Counted from the stretch's first letter, positions 48,341-59,867 are shown. The stretch is 64,000 nucleotides of DNA from Gammaproteobacteria bacterium TMED112 (GCA_002170245.2 NHFN02000017.1:153461-217460); one strand, 5' to 3'. Notes: generated by a model from the letters alone, not told the origin. Translations and numbers: made by a program.

Positions 48341-50348
48341 CCTCGATATCGAGATTGTCGACATTTCCAGATATAGAATACTTTGTACTGGTAATATCAC
48401 TAAATTCATCTTCAAGAACTTCAGTAACTACTGCAGCGCTTGCTGCTGCGGGCAAGCCACCAAGGATTGCAACATACCATGGAATGTTTTCTGACAAAGT
48501 TGAATTAAAAACCATCTCCAAATTAAAATTGTCAAAAGATTCTTTAACAGATGAAATGGTCCCTGAGAGCTCAGCATTTCCTGCATCAAAATCCATATTA
48601 AATTCATTTAAATTTGCATAACCAGAACTATCAATAAAGAACTCTCCATCTAATGAATTGATGAAAAAATTATCTTGGTCAAGCTTTTCAAAATCTGCAT
48701 TTAGAATGTTAAGTAACCTTGATCTTATATCAATAAGAGATAAAACTCTTAAAGCATCAATAGTAAATGTTGTATTGGAATATGAAATATCTTTTCCAGA
48801 AATATCTATGAGCCCTCCAAAATCTAAATTTTTGTTCTCAATATTTAAATAACTATTTTTGAGACCTAGTTCTAATTTACTAAAACTGAGGTTCGAGCTC
48901 CTTAAAGGATTTTGATCTTTATTTCTTATCGATAACTGAGCATTAATATTTTTTAATGAGAAATTACTTAAATCGAAATCAAAAGAATTTAATTTATTTT
49001 CATTTAAACTGAAAAAATTAGATTTAAAGTTTTTTGGATAAATTTTGAGAATGTTGTCTTTAAATTTATAGGAATCAAGATAATCAAATTCAATAAAAAT
49101 ATCTTTATAATTAAACAAAAGATTCTTATCATTTAAAGTAAGTTTAATTTCTTTATTTTCAGTAATTGATGCGTCCCCATTTATGCTTTTAAATCTTCCT
49201 TTATTGTCAAATTTTATTGATATTCCTCTATCATCTAATAAAAGTTCATAAATATTTTCTAATTTAAAATTGTTCATTAAGTATAAATCTCCTACAGAGT
49301 ATTCTGAAATATGAAAATTATCTCCAAATATTTTTATTGAAGCATTATCAATGTAGGCTTTTAAAGAGTTGGCTTTTAATTCAGCTCCTTCAATCACAAT
49401 TTGACTTGCTTCGGATAATAATATTGAAGAGAAATTTATCTTATCTTTATACGAGGATATGGAGAATAAAATATCTAGTTGTTTTGCTTCTAAATTCGAT
49501 TCCTTAAGAAATTTTTTTATATCTCCCTGAGATGTTGGTAGATAAGTAGATAAAATTTCTTCATTTCCTCTAGAAGCCATTTGTAATTGAAATTCATTCT
49601 CATATTTAAATGTTAATTTGAGATCTGTTTCATTAGTAAATGCGGATATATTTGCATATGGAATTTTGAATTTTTTATTAAAGTCTAAATAAATATTGCC
49701 TGTCATATTTTCAAGTACCTGGGGAACATCAAAAAAATTAAAATACAATAAGCCCATTTTTGTGTTCAGATCGCCATATAATTTCCCGTCATAAAAATAC
49801 CCCTTACCATTTAATCCTTTAATAGTACTCAGGTTTCCAGGAAGGTCTAAATTTAAATCTTGGAAATTAAATCCAAAAGCATTCTTATGAGTTAAGAAAT
49901 TAGATAATTTCAATTCTTGAAAAACTGTGCCTCCCACTTTTAAATTTATTATGGATAGCTCATCAATAAAAATTTCAAGTTGATTAATTTGCTCACTTTT
50001 ATTTGCTTCACTTAATTTTACTTCGGCATTTGTTAATGAAAACTTAGAAACATGAATCTTGTTCCCTACCACTGAGTTAAGAAAATTAATTTGTAAATTA
50101 ATTTCTTCACCAGAAAATTCTGCTGCTCCCATATATTGAAAATTTCCTATATCAACTTTCATTCCTAGCAAACTTGGTTGAATAAATATATCTTGAAATT
50201 GAAGGTTATCCTCAAATAAGTAACTAGTGATTAACTTTGACCCATAATTAGAAGAAATAATTAGACAAAAAAAATAAAAACTCAAAATAAAAATAGCTAT
50301 AAGGTATAGAAAAAGCCTTATAGGCCATATTAGATATTTCTTAACCAT
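48330..50348 (-). CDS. YhdP/AsmA-like lipid-bridge protein (about half length)
   Basis: N-terminal TM, beta-rich, AsmA-like C-terminus (KYSISGNVDNL); yhdP position after mreD. Confidence 0.65.
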   Translation of the reverse strand: MVKKYLIWPIRLFLYLIAIFILSFYFFCLIISSNYGSKLITSYLFEDNLQFQDIFIQPSLLGMKVDIGNFQYMGAAEFSGEEINLQINFLNSVVGNKIHVSKFSLTNAEVKLSEANKSEQINQLEIFIDELSIINLKVGGTVFQELKLSNFLTHKNAFGFNFQDLNLDLPGNLSTIKGLNGKGYFYDGKLYGDLNTKMGLLYFNFFDVPQVLENMTGNIYLDFNKKFKIPYANISAFTNETDLKLTFKYENEFQLQMASRGNEEILSTYLPTSQGDIKKFLKESNLEAKQLDILFSISSYKDKINFSSILLSEASQIVIEGAELKANSLKAYIDNASIKIFGDNFHISEYSVGDLYLMNNFKLENIYELLLDDRGISIKFDNKGRFKSINGDASITENKEIKLTLNDKNLLFNYKDIFIEFDYLDSYKFKDNILKIYPKNFKSNFFSLNENKLNSFDFDLSNFSLKNINAQLSIRNKDQNPLRSSNLSFSKLELGLKNSYLNIENKNLDFGGLIDISGKDISYSNTTFTIDALRVLSLIDIRSRLLNILNADFEKLDQDNFFINSLDGEFFIDSSGYANLNEFNMDFDAGNAELSGTISSVKESFDNFNLEMVFNSTLSENIPWYVAILGGLPAAASAAVVTEVLEDEFSDITSTKYSISGNVDNLDIEVIQ

Positions 50349-50794
50349 TTTTGCCTTTGATTAATGAAAATGATTGACCAAATGATTGAATTTAATAACG
50401 GATTTATAAAAATTCTTATTTCCATATCATCAGAAAAGTTATTTGTGGAAAACAAGAGTATATTTAAAAACAAACTCACTAAAATTATTAATATTAGTTG
50501 CTCCAAAAGCGATCTTTGTATCCATTTTAAATTTGAAAAATTTAAATAAAGTCCAATCATTGTATAAATTAATGTATAAGGCATGGAGATATTGCTAAAA
50601 AAAAGATCAATTAAGAAGCCCATTAGAATAAAAAAATAAATATTTGGAATTTTTCGTACAAATGTAGTGAAAAGTAGTGTGTGCACAAAAAATATATCAG
50701 GAGATACAGCCCACAAATTTGTGCCTAACAAAATTTGATTAAAAATTATCAATAAACCAAAGCTTAAGTATCGAAGAACTTCATTCATGTACAA
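50330..50794 (-). CDS. mreD: Rod shape protein MreD
   Basis: Hydrophobic, PD and GFLIDL motifs; after mreC. Confidence 0.8.
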   Translation of the reverse strand: MYMNEVLRYLSFGLLIIFNQILLGTNLWAVSPDIFFVHTLLFTTFVRKIPNIYFFILMGFLIDLFFSNISMPYTLIYTMIGLYLNFSNLKWIQRSLLEQLILIILVSLFLNILLFSTNNFSDDMEIRIFINPLLNSIIWSIIFINQRQKWLRNI

Positions 50795-51578
50795 TCACCT
50801 TTTTGTTAATAGACTGGTAAGGATCAAAAAAAAGCTCTATCTCTAAACTGTGTTGAAATACGTTTGATTGGCTAGTTGATATACCTACTATTCTGCCAAC
50901 AATTAAATCTGGAGGATAAATTCCATCAAAGCCAGTGGTAAAAAAAGTATCTCCTAATTCATAGCTAACTGCTTTTGATTCATTTAAGCAATTTATAAAT
51001 CTGCCTTTTCCCATTCCTTTAGCTATGCAAAAAAATCCACTGGTAGTTTTAATGGATATGTACTCATCTGGATCACTTAGTAATCTTACTTCCATTTCAT
51101 CTTCCGAAATACTCTTTGTTTTACCTACAGCAAAACTTCCTTGGGATATTGCAAAAATTCCATCTTCAACTTCGTTAGGATTATTAATGTAAACTCTATG
51201 TTTATTGCAACATGTAAAGTTCATTTGATCGAATGAACTGATGTAAGTTTCTGAGTTATCACTTACGAAAAAATTAAAATCATTATATGAACGTAAATTT
51301 TCTAGTGATCTAATTTCAAGCTGATTTTCATAAACTTGATTTTGTAAATTCAGAATTTCTTCTTCAAGTTGGGCTATTTTTTCATTCTCAAATTCTTGAT
51401 ATTCATTTAAAACTTGAGAAATAAATTGCTGAGGAACACTTAAAAACTTTACTAAAAGTCTTTGTGATTTTTCATTAAGGTCTAAGCTCTGTGATAAGTA
51501 AATTAAAAAGCCGGATAAAATAAATGAAAAAAAAGTGAGCCTTAATTTCTTCTGGAATGGAAGAATGTTTGTAGACAT
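50781..51578 (-). CDS. mreC: Rod shape protein MreC
   Basis: TM, coiled coil, GDTFFTTGFDGIYPP...VG. Confidence 0.85.
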   Translation of the reverse strand: MSTNILPFQKKLRLTFFSFILSGFLIYLSQSLDLNEKSQRLLVKFLSVPQQFISQVLNEYQEFENEKIAQLEEEILNLQNQVYENQLEIRSLENLRSYNDFNFFVSDNSETYISSFDQMNFTCCNKHRVYINNPNEVEDGIFAISQGSFAVGKTKSISEDEMEVRLLSDPDEYISIKTTSGFFCIAKGMGKGRFINCLNESKAVSYELGDTFFTTGFDGIYPPDLIVGRIVGISTSQSNVFQHSLEIELFFDPYQSINKKVIVHE

Positions 51579-52618
51579 TAATCTTCAGCGAATAAATCGA
51601 AATCTTTGTCCATTAGGCCAAGAGCAATACCACCGCCTCTGGCTACACATGTTAATGGGTCTTCAGCAATTCTTGTTGGAATGCCTGTAGATTGCTCTAT
51701 AAGAGTATCAAGACAGTGGAGTAATGCACCTCCACCTGTGATAACAATTCCATCCTGAGAAATATCTGCAGCAAGTTCAGGAGGTGAAAGTTCTAGGGCT
51801 GTCCTCACAGACCTTACTATAGCCGATGTTTGGTTTTCCAATGCTTTAAATCCATCCTCTTTTTGAAAAATAACAAGTTCTGGTATTCCCTCAGCAAGAT
51901 TTCTGCCTCTAAATTCATATGGTTCAAACTCTTTTTTGCAGTTTAGTGTTGCACAACCAACTTGAAGCTTGATTAATTCAGCAGTTGATTCACCAATAAC
52001 AACACCAAACTTTCGTCTGACATAAGTTTGAATAGCCTCGTCAAATTTATCACCACCTACTTTCAAAGATTCAGAGTAGACAATGCCATTTAAGGATAAA
52101 ATGGCAACTTCAGATGTGCCGCCTCCTATATCAATAACCATACTTCCTCTAGGTTTATCAATAGCCACCCCTGCCCCTAATGCTGCTGCAATTGGTTCTT
52201 CAATAAGTTTTACGACACTTGCACCAGCTGATAATGCTGATTCACGTATAGCTCTTTTTTCTACCTGTGTAGCTTTTGAGGGGACACAAACAAGAACTCT
52301 CGGACTTGGCGATAGAATTGAGTTATTAGATACCTTTTTAATGAAATGCTGTAACATTTTTTCCGTAACATTAAAATCAGCAATTACACCATCTCTCAAT
52401 GGTCTGATTGCTTCCATTTGTCCTGGAGTTCTACCTAACATCTTTTTAGCATCATGACCTACCGCAACAACAGTTTTCTGACCACTTCGTTCTTGTATTG
52501 CAACTACTGAAGGCTCATCTAAGACTACTCCATCTTCTTTAGTGTAAATTAATGTATTTGCAGTACCCAAATCAATGGATATGTCATTTGAAAAAAGACC
52601 ACGTAAAAACTTAAACAT
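51578..52618 (-). CDS. mreB: Rod shape actin MreB
   Basis: [23 protein letters not shown]. Confidence 0.98.
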   Translation of the reverse strand: MFKFLRGLFSNDISIDLGTANTLIYTKEDGVVLDEPSVVAIQERSGQKTVVAVGHDAKKMLGRTPGQMEAIRPLRDGVIADFNVTEKMLQHFIKKVSNNSILSPSPRVLVCVPSKATQVEKRAIRESALSAGASVVKLIEEPIAAALGAGVAIDKPRGSMVIDIGGGTSEVAILSLNGIVYSESLKVGGDKFDEAIQTYVRRKFGVVIGESTAELIKLQVGCATLNCKKEFEPYEFRGRNLAEGIPELVIFQKEDGFKALENQTSAIVRSVRTALELSPPELAADISQDGIVITGGGALLHCLDTLIEQSTGIPTRIAEDPLTCVARGGGIALGLMDKDFDLFAED

Positions 52619-52667
52619 TCTTAATATATCTCTATAATATTTAGAATCTTATAGAATAAGGCTTTTA

Positions 52668-52949
52668 ATGGATAAAATCGAGTTAAAAAATCTTTTATTT
52701 CTTGCACGTATTAATGCAAAAGAAGAAGAATACCCTGAAATCATTGAAAAACTAGAAAATACTTTTGAACTAATAGATGAAATGCAAGAATTAGACTTAT
52801 CGGATCTAAAGCCATTAAATAATCCTTTAGAATTAAGCAACGTTTCCAGAGAAGACAAAGGCAATAATCGTAATAATAAGAAAAAGTTTTTAGACAATTC
52901 ATCAGAGTCTGATGAAGATTATTTCAATGTGCCTAAAATTATAGAATGA
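52668..52949 (+). CDS. gatC: Asp/Glu-tRNA amidotransferase subunit C
   Basis: LARI, REDK, YFNVPKIIE; precedes gatA. Confidence 0.9.
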   Translation: MDKIELKNLLFLARINAKEEEYPEIIEKLENTFELIDEMQELDLSDLKPLNNPLELSNVSREDKGNNRNNKKKFLDNSSESDEDYFNVPKIIE

Positions 52950-54373
52950 ATTTTAAAGAGCAAAGAGAAAATTATAGGTTAAAAAAGATATCAGCCAAGG
53001 AGGCAGTGCAAGAATCATTGGTAAAAATAAAAAACGATAAATTAAATATCTTCATAAATCACTTTGAAAAACAAGCCCTAGCTAATGCTGAACATATAGA
53101 TAACAACTTTAATGATTTTAAAGATAAGCCTTTATCTGGAATCCCAATTGCACACAAAGATATTTTTTGCACTGAAGGTTTACCAACAACTTGTGGTTCG
53201 AAGATGCTTGAAAACTTTATAGCTCCCTATGATTCGACAGTGGTCAAAAATTGTTTGGATGCTGGATCAATAATGGTAGCTAAAACGAATATGGACGAGT
53301 TTGCAATGGGCTCTTCAAATGAAACAAGTTACTTTGGTGCTGTTGCCAATCCATGGAATCATGATTTAGTACCAGGTGGTAGCTCTGGTGGAGCGGCAGC
53401 ATGTGTGTCAGCAAATATAACGACTATTTCAACTGGTACAGATACTGGTGGATCAATAAGGCAGCCCGCTGCTTTGTGTGGGATAACCGGTTTGAAACCA
53501 ACCTATGGCTTGGTGTCAAGGTGGGGTATGATCGCATTCTGTTCAAGCATGGATCAGGCAGGACCTTTTGCAAAAGATGCTTTTGGATGTGCTGCTCTAC
53601 TAGATGCAATGGCTAGCTTTGACGAAAAAGATTCTACAAGCACAAAAAGAGAGGATATTAATTTTGAGAAATCTTTATCAAAAGATTTTGGTACATTGAA
53701 AATTGGTGTTATTAAAAATATTCAGAAACTTGGTATAAGTGAAGATGTAATAAATGCTTACGAAAACTCCAAGACGGTACTATCAGGTTTAGGTCACAAG
53801 CTAGTCGAGGTTGATTTTTCTGAGTTATCGTCAGGAATTTGTTCATATTACGTAATAGCTCCAGCAGAGTGCTCTTCAAATTTGTCTCGATTTGACGGAG
53901 TAAAATACGGCTATAGATCAAAAGGTGAAAAAGATATTGCTAATTTATACATGAATACAAGATCTGATGGTTTTGGTGCCGAAGTTAAGAAAAGAATTCT
54001 TATCGGTACACATGTTCTTTCAGCTGGCTTCTATGATGCATATTACTTGCAAGCTCAAAAGGTGAGAAGAATGATAAAAGTTAAATTTGAAAATTTCTTT
54101 AAAGATGTTGACTTAATTTTCATGCCAACTACCTTAGATCAAGCCTTTGAGAAAAATAGAAAATCAGATGACCCAAATAGAATGTATAAAGAGGATCTTC
54201 TGACTATACCTGCTAACCTTGCAGGATTGCCTGCAATTTCGTTCCCCAATGGCTTCAAAAATAATCTACCTATAGCTGGTCAATTGATAGGAAAATATTT
54301 CGGGGAAGATTTACTGTTAAATACTACTAATAAAATACAGGGGGTGACAGATTGGCACAAAATGACACCCTAA
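52946..54373 (+). CDS. gatA: Amidotransferase subunit A
   Basis: KTNMDEFAMGSS, GGSSGG, GTDTGGSIRQPA. Confidence 0.98.
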   Translation: MNFKEQRENYRLKKISAKEAVQESLVKIKNDKLNIFINHFEKQALANAEHIDNNFNDFKDKPLSGIPIAHKDIFCTEGLPTTCGSKMLENFIAPYDSTVVKNCLDAGSIMVAKTNMDEFAMGSSNETSYFGAVANPWNHDLVPGGSSGGAAACVSANITTISTGTDTGGSIRQPAALCGITGLKPTYGLVSRWGMIAFCSSMDQAGPFAKDAFGCAALLDAMASFDEKDSTSTKREDINFEKSLSKDFGTLKIGVIKNIQKLGISEDVINAYENSKTVLSGLGHKLVEVDFSELSSGICSYYVIAPAECSSNLSRFDGVKYGYRSKGEKDIANLYMNTRSDGFGAEVKKRILIGTHVLSAGFYDAYYLQAQKVRRMIKVKFENFFKDVDLIFMPTTLDQAFEKNRKSDDPNRMYKEDLLTIPANLAGLPAISFPNGFKNNLPIAGQLIGKYFGEDLLLNTTNKIQGVTDWHKMTP

Positions 54374-55788
54374 TTAAAGGTTGGCAACCTGTGATTGGAT
54401 TAGAAGTCCATGTTCAGTTAATGACCAACACAAAGTTATTTTCACCTGCAAAAAATCAATTTGGAGAAGATGCGAATACATTAGTAGATTTAATTGATCT
54501 AGGTCTGCCAGGTGTTTTGCCTGTTTTAAATGAAGGGGCAATGAAACAAGGCATCAAATTTGGTTTAGCTACAAATGCGAAGATCGCTGAAACCATGATT
54601 TTTGACAGAAAAAATTATTTTTATCCAGATCTGCCGAAAGGTTACCAAATAACACAATTACATTATCCAATTGTTCGAGATGGAGTTGTTGAAGTAAACG
54701 GCAAAAAAATAAGAATACATCAAGCTCACCTAGAAGAGGATGCAGGCAAATCAATTCATGACAAATATGATGATAAATCAGTAATTGATCTAAATAGATC
54801 AGGGGTTCCTCTGTTAGAAATTGTTTCTGAACCAGATATTAGATCAGCTTCTGAAGCTGTTGAATATCTGAAAAAAATACACCAAATAATCACCTATCTT
54901 GATATATCGGATGGAAATATGTCCCAAGGGTCAATGAGATGTGATGCAAATGTTTCCATTATGAAACCAGAGGATAAAGAGTTTGGGACACGAGCTGAAA
55001 TTAAAAATATAAATTCATTCAAATTTGTCGAGAAAGCAATTAATTTTGAAATAAGGAGGCAAATTAAAATTTTAGAGGCTAACGGAGCTGTTGAGCAAGA
55101 AACTCGTCTGTATGATTCCATAAAAGATGAAACAAGATCAATGAGAACAAAAGAATTTGCTAATGATTATAGATATTTTCCATGTCCAGATTTAGTGCCA
55201 ACCAATATATCAGAAGAATTTATTGAGAGTGTCAGAAAAGATATGGATGAATTACCTGAGGAAAAACAAGAAAGATTCATGAGTACTTATAATTTGAATG
55301 AATATGATGCTGGAGTTATTTGTGCTGATAAACAAATAGCAAACTTTTTTGAAGAAGTTGTCAAAGATGCAGATATTCAGCTTGCTGCAAAATGGATTAT
55401 TGGTGATCTTAATGCATTATTAAATAAACATGATATTTGTCTTGATGAAAGTAAAATTGATGCAGCGAATTTTTCTGAACTTATTCAAAAGATCACCGAC
55501 AACACTATATCAGGCAAAATAGCTAAAGAGGTTCTTGAAGAAATATGGATAACAGGAACTAAAGTGACTGAGGTGATAGACAGCAAAGGTATGCAGCAAA
55601 TTTCAGATGAAGGGGAGTTAGAAAACATAATTGAAACTATTCTTAATGAAAATAATAACCAAGTAATTGCCTATAAATCTGGCAAAGATAAGTTATTTGG
55701 TTTTTTTGTTGGGCAAGTTATGAAAGCAACACAAGGGAAAGCTAATCCCGGCTTGGTTAATGAATTATTAAAGAAGAGGCTTTCTTAA
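54352..55788 (+). CDS. gatB: Amidotransferase subunit B
   Basis: IGLEVH, YFYPDLPKGYQI, HLEEDAGK, DYRYFP. Confidence 0.98.
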   Translation: MAQNDTLIKGWQPVIGLEVHVQLMTNTKLFSPAKNQFGEDANTLVDLIDLGLPGVLPVLNEGAMKQGIKFGLATNAKIAETMIFDRKNYFYPDLPKGYQITQLHYPIVRDGVVEVNGKKIRIHQAHLEEDAGKSIHDKYDDKSVIDLNRSGVPLLEIVSEPDIRSASEAVEYLKKIHQIITYLDISDGNMSQGSMRCDANVSIMKPEDKEFGTRAEIKNINSFKFVEKAINFEIRRQIKILEANGAVEQETRLYDSIKDETRSMRTKEFANDYRYFPCPDLVPTNISEEFIESVRKDMDELPEEKQERFMSTYNLNEYDAGVICADKQIANFFEEVVKDADIQLAAKWIIGDLNALLNKHDICLDESKIDAANFSELIQKITDNTISGKIAKEVLEEIWITGTKVTEVIDSKGMQQISDEGELENIIETILNENNNQVIAYKSGKDKLFGFFVGQVMKATQGKANPGLVNELLKKRLS

Positions 55789-55790
55789 GT

Positions 55791-56684
55791 TTAATCAAAG
55801 ACCATTCCATCCTCTGCAATAATTACTGTACCAGAGTAAAAAGTTTTAACTTCATCTAGCATTTCTTGCTCTGAGCTCCCCCAAAATAAAATATGTGAGA
55901 GTATTAAATTTTTAGGTTTTAATGAATTTGCAATCTCGGCTACATCTTTAGGTCCAGTATGATGTGCTTTATGGTATTTCTGCCAGTCTGGGGTTTTATT
56001 ATTGAAACCTTTTTGAGAATAAATCTCATGAATCAAATAATCCAAATCTTCTCCGTAGGAGATTAAATTTTTTGATTTGGCTGTATCACCAGAAATAAGA
56101 ATCTTTTTGTCTGCCGTCTCAATTAAAAATCCATATGATTCTTGAAGATCTCCATGATCATTTAGGAATGCTGTAATTTTTATGTTTTTATCTTCAAATA
56201 TAAATCTATCTATCAGTTCAGTAAAAATTACATTGTATCCTGTATTATTTTGCGGCTGTGTACCATTGATTCGATAATCAATATCTGGTTGGTATGCTTC
56301 AATTATATTGGTATGCATTTTTTTAGCACCTTTAGGACCATAAATTTTTAAAGGGTCTGATCTACCCATAATCCAAGGCGTAATTATTAAGTCTGCTAAT
56401 CCAAGAGTGTGATCTGAATGGATATGAGTTAAAAAAGCGTGTTTAATATTTTCAACTTCCAATGCTTTGTAATCCCCTCCCCAACTTGGAGAAAATGCGG
56501 CTATTCTTCTTATTACTCCAGTTCCAAAATCGAAAAGATAAGGCTCATCATTTGCTAGAACCAAATAAGATGATCCCATTCTTTCAGGATTAGGATTAGG
56601 AGTTCCTGTTCCCAATACAAACAGTTTTGTTGAAGCTGTTGCTGCCGATACAATGAAAAACAATAAAATTATTCTTATATTCAT
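55791..56684 (-). CDS. Secreted metallo-beta-lactamase-fold hydrolase (RNase Z/AtsA arylsulfatase-like)
   Basis: Signal peptide, LGTGTP, THIHSDH, SGDT, HE, HHT. Confidence 0.82.
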   Translation of the reverse strand: MNIRIILLFFIVSAATASTKLFVLGTGTPNPNPERMGSSYLVLANDEPYLFDFGTGVIRRIAAFSPSWGGDYKALEVENIKHAFLTHIHSDHTLGLADLIITPWIMGRSDPLKIYGPKGAKKMHTNIIEAYQPDIDYRINGTQPQNNTGYNVIFTELIDRFIFEDKNIKITAFLNDHGDLQESYGFLIETADKKILISGDTAKSKNLISYGEDLDYLIHEIYSQKGFNNKTPDWQKYHKAHHTGPKDVAEIANSLKPKNLILSHILFWGSSEQEMLDEVKTFYSGTVIIAEDGMVFD

Positions 56685-57802
56685 CTTTTAAAAATTGCTA
56701 TTCTGTCGGATTTATAGGCTCCTATGAAAATTTGATCTTCAAATGGATATGCAACTGATGCTCCTCCATATGCAACGTCTCTAAAATTGTATTCTTCTAA
56801 AATATTTAAGTCCCTATCAGCTCTTATGATAAAAAAAGGCATTGAGCATTGAATAACTTCTTCAGGAATGCAATTTAAGCCACCAAGGTCAGTATTTTGT
56901 CCGCCTATCCATAATTCATCACGAACAGCAATCACATTATCTGGACCACCATTAAGATATGTTCTGAGAATTAAATCTTTACTAGTATTTGAACTAAATT
57001 TTGTTATTTTTCCGTTCCCTCTATAGTTCACATATAAATCATCATCAATCATATCAATACCATTGGGCCAAGTTCCTTGGGAATTTGGAACAATAGAATA
57101 ACCATCCTTTGAATTCCATTTATACACATGGCCAGTATTTAATTTAAAAATATTCAGAAAAAATAAACGATAAAAGCCTAAGTCCTTATCGTATTGATGA
57201 GTTGCGTAAAATGATCCATTTTTATCACTAATAACAACGTCATTAAAATAGGTAGTTACTTTTGGAGCTTCGGCACATCCTACCCAAAACAAAGTTGGTT
57301 CATCTTGATTTGAGAAATTTACAAAATCTGGAAAAATTAGAAAAAATTCAATACTGCTTCTTTTTTGATGATTAACTACAGCTAATAATGAAGCTTCCTC
57401 TAAAAAGGGGCTTAGATTATTTCCTTTTATCTTTAAATCTTTATAAATATCAATGCCATGCGGATAAAATTCTTTATATGGTTCGCACGTTTGATCACCT
57501 ATACCGAGATCATTGTTGTTTAAGAATTCAATCTGATAATCTGTAATTTCTTGTGTTTCCAAATTTAGCTTTGAAAGCTTGCCTACAAGCACTCTTCCCT
57601 CATTTAACTCTGGTAAACCAGCAAATTGGGAAACAACAACTGAATTTGAATGAGGAACTTTGGCAAAATCTTCAGGATTTTGAAGACCACAGATTAATTC
57701 AAGGGTGCCTAAGCTTTTGCATTCGTTAATATTTTTATACTCACTAGAGCAGCTAGTGAATAATATTAATACTAAAATTAAATATGAAAATTTATTAAAC
57801 AA
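56681..57802 (-). CDS. Paraoxonase/arylesterase (lactonase)-like beta-propeller lipoprotein
   Basis: Lipobox FTSC; PED, PHGI, NDV, PNGI and PDN motifs of the PON/SGL family. Confidence 0.78.
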   Translation of the reverse strand: MFNKFSYLILVLILFTSCSSEYKNINECKSLGTLELICGLQNPEDFAKVPHSNSVVVSQFAGLPELNEGRVLVGKLSKLNLETQEITDYQIEFLNNNDLGIGDQTCEPYKEFYPHGIDIYKDLKIKGNNLSPFLEEASLLAVVNHQKRSSIEFFLIFPDFVNFSNQDEPTLFWVGCAEAPKVTTYFNDVVISDKNGSFYATHQYDKDLGFYRLFFLNIFKLNTGHVYKWNSKDGYSIVPNSQGTWPNGIDMIDDDLYVNYRGNGKITKFSSNTSKDLILRTYLNGGPDNVIAVRDELWIGGQNTDLGGLNCIPEEVIQCSMPFFIIRADRDLNILEEYNFRDVAYGGASVAYPFEDQIFIGAYKSDRIAIFKR

Positions 57803-58244
57803 AAATCATCGCTAAGTTTTCAGCAACAAAACCTGGTTTCTCTTGGCCTTCAATTTCCAGCTCAATGCCAAATTTTAATAGCCACCTGTTACCAGGCTTT
57901 TCAGTAACTTCTACCAAAGTACTGTTATAGCGACATTTTGAGTCTACAGGTACAGGGCTAATAAATCTGATCTTATCGTATCCATAGTTCATTGCCATCT
58001 TAGTTCCCTCTACAGGTATTGCTGTTTCATATCCTTTTCCAACAGACAGAGATAGCATTAAGGCTCCGTGCGCTATCGTGCTCCCAAAAATAGGCTTTGC
58101 TCGTTCTGGATCGACATGAATAAACTGCGGATCATCGGTCACATCAGCAAATGTGTTGATCATTTCCTGATTGACATCAAACCATGAAGTGCTTTGTGTC
58201 TTTCCAATTTCTTTATGTAAATCTTGTGGTTTAATAGCTTCCAT
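57795..58244 (-). CDS. MaoC/NodN-family (R)-hydratase
   Basis: [29 protein letters not shown]. Confidence 0.92.
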   Translation of the reverse strand: MEAIKPQDLHKEIGKTQSTSWFDVNQEMINTFADVTDDPQFIHVDPERAKPIFGSTIAHGALMLSLSVGKGYETAIPVEGTKMAMNYGYDKIRFISPVPVDSKCRYNSTLVEVTEKPGNRWLLKFGIELEIEGQEKPGFVAENLAMIFV

Positions 58245-58253
58245 TTTTCCTCC

Positions 58254-59867
58254 TTATTTCATTAAATGGTCTTTAAATTGTTCTCTCAACTTAATCTTAA
58301 GAACTTTACCGGTTGCTCCAATTGGCAACTCCTCTACAAAAAGGATATCATCCGGCTTCCACCATTTGGCAATTTTATCTTCCAGAAAAGCATAAATTGA
58401 ATCTTTATCTTTCTTTTCATTAGCTGGCACTACCAATAATACTGGTCTCTCGTCCCACTTAGGATGAGCAACCCCTATTACGCATGCTTGCGTTACATCA
58501 GGGTGACTTTGTGCAGCATTTTCTAGATCAACTGAGCTAATCCATTCACCTCCTGATTTAATGACATCCTTCGCTCTATCAACAATCGTCATATAACCAT
58601 CTGGATCAATTGAAGAAATATCACCAGTATCGAACCAACCATCTTTATCAACTGCATCAGAATCATGTTTGTAGTATCTTTTATTAATCCATGGTCCTCT
58701 TATCATTAATTTGCCGTAAGCTTCACCGTCTTCAGGTAGTTTCTTACCATCATCATCGATTATCTTAAGCTCTACGCCAAAAACAGGTTTACCTTGTTTA
58801 GTTTGCAACTTGTAAAGTTCTTCTTTTGATAATGCTTCCATGTCTTTAGTTTTTATATTAGCTGTAGCTAATGGGCTTGTTTCTGTCATCCCCCAACCTT
58901 GGACAACATTCACTCCATGTTCTTCGTCGAATTGTTTTATCATCGCATATGGCACTGCTGAACCCCCAATTACAGTTTGTTTGACTGTATTTAAAGTAAT
59001 AGCATTCTCTTTACAATAATTCAAAAGCCCCAGCCAAATCGTAGGCACGCCGAAAGCAAGAGTAACTTTTTCTTTTTCAATAAGCTCGACAAGAGCTGCG
59101 CCGTCCATGCCCATGCCAGGCAAGACTAACTTAATACCGTTCATAGCACCAATGTAAGGTAAGCCCCAACCCATTACGTGGAACATTGGCACGACCATAA
59201 GTATCGAATCATCTTTGTCTAATCCGAGCCCGTTAGCAGATGAACCTGCCCATGCATGCAGTAAAGTAGATTTATGAGAATATAAAACACCTTTTGGATT
59301 GCCTGTAGTTCCTGATGTATAACATAATCCACAAGGGGCATCTTCCTCAAGTTCTGGCCACTCATATGATTCGTCTCCATTTTCAATAAATTCTTCATAC
59401 GAAATTGCATTTTTTAGCTTCGTCTCAGGCATCTCCTCTTTTGAACATAGCAGAACATATTTCTCTACAGTTGGGCAATTTTCTTGAATTGCTTCAAGCA
59501 ATGGAGCAAAGACTGTTTCTAGAAAAATTATTCTGTTTTCCGCATGATTAATGATATAAACAACTTGCTCAGGGTGTAATCTAAAATTTATTGTATGCAT
59601 AACAGCACCCATACCTGAGATACCATAATACATTTCCATATTTCTATATGTGTTTAAGGCAAGCGACCCAACATTTTGTCCATGTTTGATTCCGTATGCC
59701 TCAAGAGCTGATCCTAATTTTTTAGCTCTTTTGGCAACTTGCCCATAATTTGATTTGACTATTTCTCCAGATAAAGCTCTCGAGACGATCTCTACTTCTG
59801 GAAAAATTCTTTCTGCATAATTAATTATGCTTCCTACATTTTGTTTCCAAGATTGCATATTGCTCAT
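58254..59867 (-). CDS. Acyl-CoA ligase (AlkK/DmdB-like)
   Basis: [35 protein letters not shown]. Confidence 0.9.
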   Translation of the reverse strand: MSNMQSWKQNVGSIINYAERIFPEVEIVSRALSGEIVKSNYGQVAKRAKKLGSALEAYGIKHGQNVGSLALNTYRNMEMYYGISGMGAVMHTINFRLHPEQVVYIINHAENRIIFLETVFAPLLEAIQENCPTVEKYVLLCSKEEMPETKLKNAISYEEFIENGDESYEWPELEEDAPCGLCYTSGTTGNPKGVLYSHKSTLLHAWAGSSANGLGLDKDDSILMVVPMFHVMGWGLPYIGAMNGIKLVLPGMGMDGAALVELIEKEKVTLAFGVPTIWLGLLNYCKENAITLNTVKQTVIGGSAVPYAMIKQFDEEHGVNVVQGWGMTETSPLATANIKTKDMEALSKEELYKLQTKQGKPVFGVELKIIDDDGKKLPEDGEAYGKLMIRGPWINKRYYKHDSDAVDKDGWFDTGDISSIDPDGYMTIVDRAKDVIKSGGEWISSVDLENAAQSHPDVTQACVIGVAHPKWDERPVLLVVPANEKKDKDSIYAFLEDKIAKWWKPDDILFVEELPIGATGKVLKIKLREQFKDHLMK

